From Owenia fusiformis (lineage: Eukaryota): DNA of 64,000 nt. Location of the stretch: the NCBI GenBank assembly GCA_903813345.2, contig CAIIXF020000001.1:12462001-12526000 (forward strand). The letters run 5' to 3'. The notes beneath the pieces were generated by a model, which worked only from the letters and a program-made list of their open reading frames with translations, had not been told where the DNA came from and did not search any database. Shown here one piece after another: positions 36,351 through 49,300 of the stretch (position 1 is its first letter; every line of letters begins with the position of its first letter). Position numbers and translations under genes: made by a program.

Positions 36351-37088
36351 GTTTTCAAATTTTCGCGGTATAAATATTTTCTACAATTTCATTGGTCGTT
36401 TTTCTAATTTCATAAAACTAAAAAATATGAGCATTTATCATTAATTATTTTTGAGATCAATTAGCGAAACATTATTTATATTTGGGCCATTCTATATGTA
36501 AATAACTTGAGTTTTCGAAGTCTTAAAAATTTCAAAAAATGCGAAGCTATTCAATCCGTATAAATAGCATCTTGAAAAATAATTTTGGAATGTACTCTCC
36601 AAGAAATGTTGATTTATAAGCTAATATGTGACAATTAGACAGGTAAACTAATTTTGTGTGTATGTTTTTATACAGTGGATTTGATAGATATCGATGATTA
36701 TAACATAAGATGCCTAGATTTTCACCCATCTCTATCCTCAAAAATAAATTGAAATGAATATTGTCCTGTATCATCCAGGCCTGCTGTGTCTCACTCTCAG
36801 CTGCCAGCTTTGTCAGTGTTGACCACAGGAAGCTATTTACGTACATATAGATGAGTGACATTCGGGACACATTTTTTTAAACTTTGACTCCATAGAAAGA
36901 AGCACTTCCACGAAGCTTCATCGTAACTCAGTCTAAAAATGAATTTAGAAGACGTGGTTGGTTTGTTCTTTGTGAAGTTGTCTGAGGTAAAGTGTGTTAT
37001 TTTCAGGTAAGTTGATAGAAATAGAAATAGAAATATTTAGGCTGTACCAAAAGATTGTTGTTGTGCATGCAAGTCATCAGTGGATATA

Positions 37089-37226
37089 CAGGCCCTTTAG
37101 CCAGGAGGGGGGCGTAGCCTTTTAAGTGATTTTGGACATTTTTGGACCAAGATTGTCAAAAGTGATCCCCCACCTGGAATTTTTCTAAAAGTGAACCCCC
37201 CTTGGGTAATCCTGGCTATGGGCCTG
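37089..37226. mobile_element. Short hAT-like MITE
   Basis: CAGGCCCTTTAGCCAGG...CCTGGCTATGGGCCTG inverted ends; no clear TSD. Confidence 0.5.
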
Positions 37227-37314
37227 TACATGTGTAAAATATGAAGGATGTAGGCTTTAGTATACAACCTTGAAATTGATATGTAATTAACAATGTATAT
37301 TTTCAGGTCAAAAG

Positions 37315-40300
37315 ATGTCTGGCAGTTTAGGAGTTGTTGCTTTTGAAGCAGAACTGAATGGAATTGTACAAGAGGTAAATTGTTTTTGGCTCACACTAGT
37401 GTTGTCGCGATTAATCGATACATCGCCATATACATCGCCAAAGCTGATTCTGGCGATGCATCGATGTCTGAAACAAAACATTGATGTTTTAAAAAAAAAT
37501 TAATTTGCTAAAAATCACCCTTTCTTATCTTATTTTGACTCAAATCGCTTACCTTTCTCATGACTTATTTCATTTTCCAATGTTTTCTGATATTCTTTCG
37601 CTTTAGAACTTTTTCTCGATGTACATCGCGATGTGCATCGATGTTTACTCCTGAAAATTGCCGATGCATCGATGTACGATTATGGCACATCGCGACAACA
37701 CTAGCTCACACACACAGTGAGCCTTTAGGATTGATCAGGCGTCCGTCCATCCGTTAGTCCGTCTGTTGGTCCGTCCGTCCGTCAACATTGGTCGCACAAA
37801 TTAAAACTGCTATTCGGATTGAGTCATATCCACATTCATTTTATGCATATCCATAATGCCTATTTGACCTATCATCGCCATTTCCCAAGTTCGCCCGGTT
37901 TCCGAGAAATTGCTGATTTTAACGTCAAAAAGTTTCTGTAAATACTAGACACTTTGTTAAAGTAGAAGATTTCAAAGCTCTTGAAATTACAGTTTTTGGT
38001 GTTTACTCAATAAAATTTGACAAAATTTAGGACTCATTTTCAGGACATTTTTAGGACTCAATTTCATATGTATTAAGTCAATCATCATTGGCTGCTCAAA
38101 ACACTGTGTGAGCACAGGACTGTGGGTCCTTTATTTGTAGTATAAAAATAGATCTGATTATCTAAATAAATCTGATTCTATCCGACAAATAAATTATAGA
38201 TCATTTGTCTTCCTTGTACATGTATTTTAATCCTATAAAAATAATTTGAGTTTCTCTGGAAAATGTATTTTTGTTAAAACTTTTTTTCAGTACCTGGATT
38301 TTGTCAGCTATGATAGGACCCTTCAATCATTCAAGGATGAATGCATGCAAAATGGGAAGCCTATTGCTAAGTCAGATGCCAAGCCAAAGTCGGATCAGAA
38401 ACTTCTAGCTTTACAGGTGCTCTTTTGTAAAAGACATCACTACATTGGATAACATGACCACAAAGTTTTCCCTCAAAACGTCTTAATTTATTAATTTGGA
38501 GTGAGATATTGTATTTGGCTGAATGAGTGGATGGTATTTTGATTTGGAGGTTTTCCATCTAAACACTAGGCCATTATTTTGAGGCCATTATTGAAACTTT
38601 GTTTTTTACAGTATACATTTCATTTACGTTAATTGGAAATTACATTTTGTCCACTACTTGCCATATTTTCACAATATGTTGGCCACAAAACAAATAAAAC
38701 TATTTTTTAAATTTTGTTTGTGTTGTCCTCATGTTTGGATTTCTTAACCAGTCAGTTTCTTGTTTTTTCCAGAATGAACTAGTCCAATTATTCCAATATG
38801 GAGAAAGAGACAAATTCTTTAAACTGTGGGATGAACATTTATCGGAAGAACTCCGTAACAGTGATTCCACTGCACAGAAGTTGGAGTTTTATTTAAATAT
38901 TTATTTTGCCATATATCCCTATAAGATGGGAAACAGTGTAAGTAGTGTAAACATTTTTTTTTCAAATAAAATAATGTTTCCGATATCCTATCCTCCTTTA
39001 CACTGTACTTGTTTTTTGGAACGAACAATTGATATTATGCATCAAACATAATAAAACGTCGTACATGGATTTGGTCGAGAACCTTCATTGTAAATCTTTG
39101 TCAAGATTTATATGTCAGCTTCCCATTATAGAGATTTGGGGCTAAATTATTTGAAAGAACTCTGAATCACAGGTTTATTCAATCATTATTCTCAACAAAA
39201 TCAAAAATATCTTTACGTACACTGCATTCCAGACCAAGGCGGATATTGAGGACTCTATGGGCTACTTTAAGCAGTATATAGAGTCAAGAGGAGCCAATCT
39301 CAGTCAAACTACAGAGTTCTTACCATTCTATGCCTTACCCTTTGTGCCTAATCCACAAAACCATCCAACCTATAAAGAACTTTTCTCAGTAAGTTATGGT
39401 ACTTAATATAGAAGTTTTTATGTATTTCATGGAATAAATCAAAATCATTGAAATTGCTTGAGGTATCACTCAAATATATATAAGTTTGATTGTTAAGATA
39501 ATTAATATTTTGCTTAGGCTGAATATATGGTTGAAAGTTGGTTTTAACTTTTCAGGAAGCCTGGGTACCTGATATACAGATCCGATTGGAAAAGTTCCTA
39601 ACTCTTGCATTGCAATCCACAGCACAGCCACGTCTCTTTGATCTATATGTATCCTTATGAATAATCAAATATCAAAGATTCTTGTCATATTTTTATAAAT
39701 TATCAGCTTAGTTCATGAGAATCAGATGAGATTGAGTAAAATAAATTCATCAGTGAATATTTAATGCTTTTCAGCTGATCCAAATAATTTGACATGCAAA
39801 CTTATTACTAATATGTGACTTTATGATAATCAACAATGTTGGAATACGCAAATACATGTATCTTTTATATCAGAGCTTTAGAATTAAAAAAATCATCATA
39901 GTTTTGGGATATTTTGATATGCTTCGGGAAACCTATAAAATAAGTAAAATTGAAATGTTAAATCCAAATGAGAAAGAAGAAGAATACAACATCTGTGTTA
40001 GTCCTTAACTCGTTTTCAGAAAGGGACAAATAAAGGTAAGTTTACTTTAGAATATCAAATAGGTTTACAACAGAATAAAATGTGTACAGAAACACCTTTC
40101 CGGGAGAATTTAACACTCCGTTATATGATTTCATTGATAATTACTGTACTGTTGTTTTGTAGAGATGCAGAAGCAAATGGCTCAGATGCAGCAACAGATT
40201 GTAGATGCAGAAAAGAAGACAATGACATATATGAAACGATACAACAGGGTACAGGTGAATGAATTAACATGGAATCAGTGGTGGGGGGGGGGTTATGCCA

Positions 40301-43300
40301 TGAAAAATCCTTGATCTTAAAATTCTCTGGTGAAAACCCTGAGAAGCATATTATGTTTTAATCCTAGTATGGTAAGATCCTGGGGGAAAACTTAATGCTT
40401 GGAGTTCAATGTCAAGTTCAACATTATGGAGGTCATACACAAGGTCGGTGTGACATTTAATGTCAATGATTAATGAAAGGTTACATGTTTAGATAAATTA
40501 ATAAATATTGTAAACAGGGAATTTAGACTTTTCTTGTATTGAGTTGAGTTTCTGATCATTGCCCGCAACAAATTGATGAATTTAAGTCCAATGTATCCTT
40601 TTCATCTGTTACATAATCTGTTATGTAATAAAAAATCATCACAATCATTATGATTTTGTTTTTATATTTTAGGCTGACTATCACAACCTTATTGGTATAA
40701 CTGCAGACTTGGTTGATACTCTTGAAGAAACCGTGAAAGGAAAAGTAGTAAGCACAACTTTTGACATTTGAAGAAATTACGTAATAATAGAAAACAATAG
40801 ATAAAAATTAATTGAAGCAACATTTCACAATTTTTTTTGTTTTAAAATAGTCACAAGTACCTCCACTTATGAATAGTACATGAACAAAAATAATGTTATT
40901 TATCAATTTTTATTTGAACCTAACATCTTCTTTGGATTATTTAAATGAAAATGACCATATTATGGTGTAAAATATTACAGGATCTATATAAGGCAGTAAG
41001 TAGTTGCATGTAGATAGGTTTGGTGGTAATGCTTGCTTTAGGGGTTACAACAGGTATATGTTACCTCTGTACCCTTGGGAAGGTCTGAGACTAAGGTCGT
41101 TATTACACCCTAGCAGGGTGCCCTCTGAAATTAGGGGTGGGTCATCAGAAATAGGCATGATTAGGTACTTAGTGTAATTGACACCCAGGCCTGACGGTGA
41201 GGGTGGATGCCATGTATCTAGTTATAGTTGAAAAGAGCCACGACTAGCAACTGTAAGTGCAATTTGCAAGGTGGTACATGTGCCATAACTCAATTCAGAC
41301 TACTCTACTTCCAAACCTTTTTTGTGTTTTACCAGAAATACTAATTTAATGTCATGAGTTGTTAAGGAAGGTTTATCAATTTTTATTTGAACCTAGCATT
41401 TTTGGCATTTGGTGGGGGGGTTCAGGAAATTAATTTATTTTGAATTTTTTATTATGTTCTCAGATATTACTTACTTACATACATTATGAACATTTGCTTG
41501 GATTATCCCCAGAATACAACATTTTTATAAATGCAGAGTTGCAGAGAATGCCTAATTCGGGAATACATATTAACATTACTAAGTGCATGAACTGAATCTA
41601 ATATGGTATCGATGTGATGTTTTAATGTTCTGCACATTATCCAATGATCTTCAAGATATTATTGCACTGCATGAATCAGTTGTGGAAGGCTGTGTAGTGG
41701 ACTAATGTTAGGTGTTGGGTATCGTGAACCAGAAATATTAGGATATGAATGCTTTTTCCAAAGTGGTTGTGACAAAGGTCAAGGAATTTGACTAAATAAC
41801 TGTACGTACACAACTCTTCAGAGTACAATACACCATAATATTAGTTTATGCATTATTTAACCTGCACAATTCATCACTAAATTTTTATATGATCTAAATT
41901 GCAGATTTACATCTTACATTATTAATTCAAAAAGTCCATTTAAAGCTATTTGGCATACATTATTTTACAACGTTTTCATGTAAATCATCTCAGAATCAAA
42001 GTATTTGTTGAGTTTATTAAAAACTAGGACATTAAATATATATTTTCAGGTAACACCAGAGTATCTACAGGCAATATGTCAAAGATTATTTAGTAACCAG
42101 GTCAGGGCCACTATGGACTTCACACGTCCTGGAACTGCCGCAGATGTCCTGCGAGCCTCCATGGCAACAGCGTGAGTCTTAGCTTGTGTTGTATGTCTGT
42201 GTCCTCATGTATGTAATTTGTAATATAGTTTATGTCAGAGTCACTTATTGGCCTGTTATACAGATTTGTGTATTGGCTTCTAATATGTTTGCCTATCAGC
42301 CCATTGTTGACCATAGAATGAAGTCGGGGATATTGAGAATGCTGTCCATCTCTGTCTGTCCATCTGTCCTTATATCCATCTATCTAGTCAGTGATTCAAT
42401 CAAAAGAATGACACATTCTTCTTTTAGCAATTCATTTAGTATCATAGCTATTTTGAGAATTTTTTTCTAGCAGTCTTGTTTAGCATTTATTAGATATATA
42501 TCTATGTTATATATTTGTTTGAGCATATATGTTAAAAAGGGAAATTCAAAAATGGTGACTGTGAAACAACATTAAAATAACAGTACGTTGTAGAGGTCAG
42601 TAGGTGAGAAACTATACTGTCAGTCTTTTTCTTTGTAGACCAAAGAGGGAGGAACCCACCCCACTTGCCTCCATTAATGTTGTCCCCACATTGGACTATG
42701 AGAGGATTAAACAAGACCTCATCAATGCTGATGAACGAAGACAGTGTCTCTTATTACAAGCTTTACGATGGGTGAGCATCAATCTTGTACAATCAGAGAT
42801 CTTTTCATAAGATTGATTTGAAATGGTCTCTTATTCTAAGATTTACAATATAAAGTACATGTAAAACATTATCTGTCTTACTTAATTAAGTATGTGGGGT
42901 ATTGAAATTGCGATGTGATATATATAAAAAAAAAGCAGATTATGAAGATAAAGTGATTGACTCAAGTTCAGTCACTAAAAAACAAGACATCTACTGTTTT
43001 TAATTGATTAACACTGTTTGAAATAGCAATTAACTTTACAGTACATGTATGAATATTTATGACATATGACATATTTAGTGTGGATTCATTCTTTATGAAC
43101 AGTGTTGTTGTTTATTGTTTTAGAAACTCACAAGATCTGCTCCAGCAGAGAGAGATGTCATCATGCAAGATTTCATCAGTAATGATATAATGGGCTGCGT
43201 GAATGCAAATCTCTACAGGGTAAGTAATCCAGACAGTAGCAATTTGCAGATTGATATTTTTACACTGTTTTGTAATGACAATTCCCATCAACCATCAATC

Positions 43301-46300
43301 CTAGAAGGCATACCCCATATGTTATATATCATATGAAAGCTTACTCAATTGTGGACCTATTTTGAAATATGCATATGAGTTCAGGCAAAAAGATGTGAAC
43401 TTAACAAATGTAACTTCAGGTCTGTCAAAAGGAGGGGTTTGTGAATTCTAGGGCGTTGACGTACAGAGGCGTGCAAGGCAACTGCCTCATAAATTTATGG
43501 AAATGCCATACTATCTAGGACATACAACTCTCGGGCTCAAAATCGTTGAAAATTCAAACAAATGTGTATGGTTCAAATTTACTCGCTGTTGGAGAAAAGC
43601 AGCCCTGTTAGATGACCTCATAGAATTATATCCATGTGGTTTCCCTCTTCCAAGACTTATTTCCATCTTTTACGTTTCAGTTGGAGTTTTTAAAGCTGTT
43701 GCAGTCTCCTAACGAAATAGTTCAACAATACACAGCCAGACTGATCAATGCGTTTGCGTCACTGTGTGATGGTTAGTATTGTAATAAGATGTTTGGGATT
43801 TCATTGTTGAATAAGAAATGGATGAATGTAAAGTTTTATTTTACACAGTATCATGCAGCAAGATCATGAATTTCTATTCAAAATATGATTTGCATTTGTA
43901 CATGAAGTCCACGTGCTCTGGTGATGTGGCACACACAATTTGATGATTCAGAGCTCAAAATTGAAAACAACCTGTTTTGAAGAAAAATATTTGTTTCAAA
44001 TTATGTCAGATTATTTCCTCTCACTCATTAGATCTTTGATGTACATTCAGAGGCTTTTTGAATGTTCATGAAGGTTACATTGGTTAGTCCCAGGGTACCT
44101 ATACCAGGCCTGTCAACTGTCCCGCAATTTGCGTATTTGTCACGCATTTGCTGAAGAATTTGAAGTCACGCCAGTTATTTTTGCGTGACAGAAAATGTCA
44201 CGCAAATACGCATTTTACCTGGTAATTGTCAAGCAAAAATATTTCTGTAGAAAAATTTCTAAAGAAGATCGTCTACACAGCAAAAATACGAACGCCGGAA
44301 AAAAACGTACGCATTTCGTTCGGACTTTTTACGCGAATTACGTATATGTCACGCATTCTGTTCAAAATTTTTCGTACCCCCCCCCCCGTTGATTGATGTT
44401 TGAAACGCGAGCGTAGCGAGCGCGAAAAATATGAGGTGTTCAAAATTTGGCAAGATGTAATAAAATTTAAAACCAAGGTGTTCAAAATTTGGATCAAGGT
44501 GTTCATATTTGGACCAAGGTGTCCACATTTTGAGGCGAGGTGTTCAACATTTCCAAGTCACTCATGTTAAGTGTTCCCAAGTTGACAGGCCTGCTATACC
44601 TCCTTCACGGAAATAAAGATTAAAATGTATTACTTATTTTATATTCAAATCTTCAGGTCTGATGGGTAATTGAATGATTCCTCATTGGTGAAAAGATCTA
44701 AGGGATTGGTTGATAAAACATTTGTTTAAGAAAGCAAAAAACTAAGAGCTCAATCAATAGAAATAATCCATTATTTAATGATCACCCTCATACAAAAGAA
44801 AATTTAACATCACAACAATTTTTATTTCAGGAAGAAGTTATATCTCTGAGAGTGCAGACCATCTTGAGGCTCTTACTGAGAACCTTTGTTCAGATGAGAA
44901 AGACTCCATAACAAGAGAGAATGTCCTCGGTGCTCTACAAAAACTCAGTTTAAGGTAAAAGTAATGTAGAAGTCTGTTATAGCATTAGTGTGCAATGTAG
45001 GGTTTTAGACATGCTGGTCAAAAATAAACTATACACCAGTAGTCTAGGTACAAGCCCCTGTGACTCCCCACTCCCTGTGAACCCCTTCCCATTACCTGAC
45101 TACACACAGCTCACACAGTGGACTTGTAGCTAGACTATTGACCAGATGCAATGTAATTTTCCTATACATGCTGAAAAGTAAAGTGGCTGAGACAAAAAGA
45201 AACAGTCTCAGGACCACTGGACCTGTGCTTATTTTGCACCCTATAGCATTGAGTCTCTGTGTAAGTCTAGTATTTACATAAGGGGGTGTTAGGGTATGGA
45301 AGATGGGGAAGACTTGTAGAAGCCCGTTGTGAGAAATCTTTCTGAATGGGAATAAATTGTAATAATGAACAGTAAAATTTTCATTTTAAATAAGAATCTT
45401 GTATTGGAGTTGTATTTTTAACCATCCCAGATTTTGTTTAGATTTTATATTTGATTTATTTTTCAGGAGAAATCTTCAAAGCCAGATGATAGACAATGGG
45501 ATCATTCCCTGGTTGGTTTCTGTTTTGGAAGATAATGACTCACTGTCAGACTACACCCTGGAGTACTCAGTTGCCTTACTGATGAACCTCTGTCTCAGGA
45601 ATGCAGGTATGTATCATAGTATATCATCTCTATATGTGTCTTGCTGGGAACAAATGTATGCTGGGGAGTTGCATGTACCGTCTGTTATATGTAAGAGAAA
45701 ATGAATTATTTTTAAGGCGTAGTTTTGCTTTAAGTCTCATTGGACACCTCCCCCCCCATACTTACTTCACCACCTATTAAAGAATTTCTTTCAAATTTGT
45801 CTTGAAAATTTAATATGAACTACAGAATGGAGATTGAATAGAGCGATATTTCAAGGAAAACAAAAATTTACAAAATGCACTTTCATTGCTCAGGCATTGG
45901 TTATTTAAAATTTAATACAACATGGGAAATAATTATAAAGCCTATATATATGTTCATTGTACCATGTATTATAGGCAAGAGAAAGTGTATACCCATTGCC
46001 CATCAAGTGTTGAAGGTGCTAAGTGATCTTATGGGACATGAGAACCAAGAGATCATACCATATGTGAATGGAGCCCTCTATAGTATACTTGCCATACCCT
46101 CAATCAGAGAGGAAGCCAAAGCTATGGTATGTATTCATACATTTCAACACCCTTGCTTGTTTTACTATGTTTCTAATACTACATTACAGTAGAAGTTTAA
46201 ATTAAGAAAAACTGTTGCTATATTATTTTTATTATTTATTTTTATTTTTAAAGTTCATTATAACAAGACATTTCTTTCTGAGTGCAAAATAGAGAATCCT

Positions 46301-49300
46301 TTATTGTTTTAAGCATTTTCGCTTGGGGTGAAATATTTATATATTTTACATGTTAAATGTTCATTAGGATATGGAAGATTTGCTGAAGATGTTCATAAGA
46401 GATGGCCAGCCAGATATGAATCGTCAGATAGAATTCATCATAAAGCAGCTTAACTCAGGTACACATAGTTAAATTTCAATTAATGTTTACTTTCTAATTC
46501 TTCACCAAAGAATGAGTATTTGGTACAAAACATGTACACTTTATCTTTTACACAATTTACAATTGATTCTAATTCAAACATAGATATTAACATCAGTTTG
46601 TTTATTATCAGATTTAACAGTTTTTTCACTTTTAAATTGATATTTACACAAGTGGGTTTACTCATAGTTTGAACAATACATACTCAATTATTATTTTGAG
46701 TCGATTTAATATGGCTTTTCCTTGTTGTATTTTGTAATGTTAAAATAGCATTCTATTACAATACACCAGATGAAGAGCCTGATGATGGTGAGTCAGATGA
46801 AGAAGATGAGGATGAAGATGAAGAAGATCAAGATGCCATGGAGGCAGACCTTGACAAGGCAGAGGTGCTAAGACCCCAGCCTGGAGAACTGCTTGGTGAT
46901 AAACTTCTCACAACCCAGTACTCTAATAAACCATCAACCAATAATAATAACAATCTACAAAATGGAGGCATTCCAAGAAAGAAAAAGGTATTTTTTAAAT
47001 TGTGAATCCATTTTACTGTTGTCTTATTGTATCTTATTTTTCCCTTTGAACTTGGATTTAAAAGATCATAATTTCCTTGGATTTTTTGTTCAAGTTTTGC
47101 TTGTATCCCACCTATATACACATTTTGCATCCCACTTGTGAATGAAAAAATCATGAAAATGAGCTCTACTTGATCAACTTTTGTCAACATTTGATCAAAG
47201 AATTTGTGCACACTTAAAGAGAAAATCTTTGGGAGAAGACAGAAATTTGTCCAAGCTCGAAAGTTGTATATTTTTTTTCATTTATCTTTTTGCAGTCATC
47301 TCTCCAAGCAGACCAGGACTTGCTCACAAGACCAATAACTCCGCAATCCCGTAAAGGTGGTCCAGCCTTACAACCCAAGGATATGTAAGTCTTAGATGAC
47401 ATCATAACTTTGAAAGTGAACTTAAAAATTTTTATGAAGATATAATCTGCTTATAATTACCCAAAATTACCTTATTATACAGTCCTACAATCTCAGTTTT
47501 ATGGTTTTCAATTAATATTGTTTCTTTCTATACAATTCCCATTTAAATGGAATATTTTTTTATGTTGTAGTCCAAAATCAAGTGGGGACTTCAGTAGATC
47601 AGTATCCCAGTCATCAAGGCCTTATACCAGTGACAGACCTCCAACAAGGAGTGGCAGTCGACCTGGAACACAGGACTCATTTAGAGAGCCTCCACCCAGA
47701 AGTAAGTCATTTATTAGCTTTTAGTATTATGGCAGTTCATTCTGCGTACAATCTTTGAATAATCAATCTAAAGTTTGTAAGTTTTCCAAAGCAATTAATG
47801 TATTCCACTTTTAAATGTTCAGTGTTACCTACCTTAAACCTGTCGCCAGCTTTCCAACTTCACTTTTCAAAAAATTCCACATGATTCAGACTTGACAACG
47901 TTGGCTCAAAATCACATGAAAAAAGTGCTCAGAATAGTGAAAGCTGCATGATTTGAAAGCATTTTTGGCCAGGGAGGAGGAGAGTACTGTATCAATCATA
48001 GTTATGCACCCTCAGAGTGTTTTAAAACAATTAACTTAATATTTACAGAGACTGATGCTAAAGGATCAGCCACTGTATCGAAGGCCCTTGGTCAGAATGT
48101 GAAGCTTGCAGAGCCCCAGGCCAACAGTGGAGTGAGACCATCAAGTAAAGCTAAGGGACCAGGGTAAGTATAGAAAACTGAGAATTATACTATGGCTATT
48201 CATTGTCAAGTGACCGAAACTTTCAAAATTAAAAAGACGAAACTGAATAATTCACTGTTGGACATTTATTTATAATTACAATTATAATTGGCGTGAGACT
48301 TTGATAAAATATATTCTGTGTTTGCAGATCATCTTTATACATGTTCTATTCAACAAGAGAAGGAAATAACCCCAAATTCAAAGATTACATTGTTTTCTAT
48401 GAAAATGAATCTAGAGGTTCATCTTTACTACATGAAGATAGGTTCACCTATGAATTCTGGGTAATTCTTCCTTTTCTAATTAATATTCATCCATATTTTA
48501 CATTCAGAGGTGAAGAATACACTGCAGCCTTCAGTGCTAGGCCTAAAGTTCCCAGGACACCTGATCCCAATGCTAGACCTGGCAGTAGAGGGACCATGAG
48601 TCCTGCCCCTAAGCCTCAATATTCCGAGTCCCTTCCTTCATCCAGGCCTGGAACAGGACAGAAAGCACACAGTATGTACATTTATGTTTGATATGTTGCA
48701 TTCTGCTGAAATGTTATTTAAGGAGCAAAACAACTATAAGATCCTCAAAAAGCATGCAGCTTCCAATGCATGGTATACTTCACAGAAGTAGTTTTATATA
48801 TTGTATTGTATTTTATTCAAAGGTGTTTTAATGTGCCCAGTTCGTTTGTAATTTACAGGTTTTGACTTGTCTTTGTTTAGTGAATGATTTATCCATGAAG
48901 GGCAAAGGGATGTAACATTGTCACGTCGGGTATTGTCAACGGGAGAAATGGGGTAACTTCGACCCTTATTTATATTATTAGAAATTATCTGTTTTCCATC
49001 ATGTGCAATTTTCGGAAAAAATAAAAATCTCCTGAGATCTCGATCTATGCGAGAGAAGATTAAGAAACATGACTTCCCCCTAAATCGGAAATTAGAGCAA
49101 ATAAGCAACAAGGTGGCAAGGTTACACCATAAGTTAGAGTTACCCCTAATTAAAACAAAATGGCATTGACATTATACCCCTTTGCCCTCGTTCTAAGCTT
49201 TTATCCTCTTTTATTCATAAGCAGATTTGCAGTTTTATTACACTTGTCTATTGAATTACTTTTCAAAACCAGATATTTTAAATAGAATACAAAGATCTGT

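Noticed and set aside
41040-41330. GC-richer intronic block with CCTGACGG...GAAA, considered as a ribozyme or SINE
   Set aside because: The core does not match CUGANGA and there are no A/B boxes; probably an old repeat that I cannot classify.
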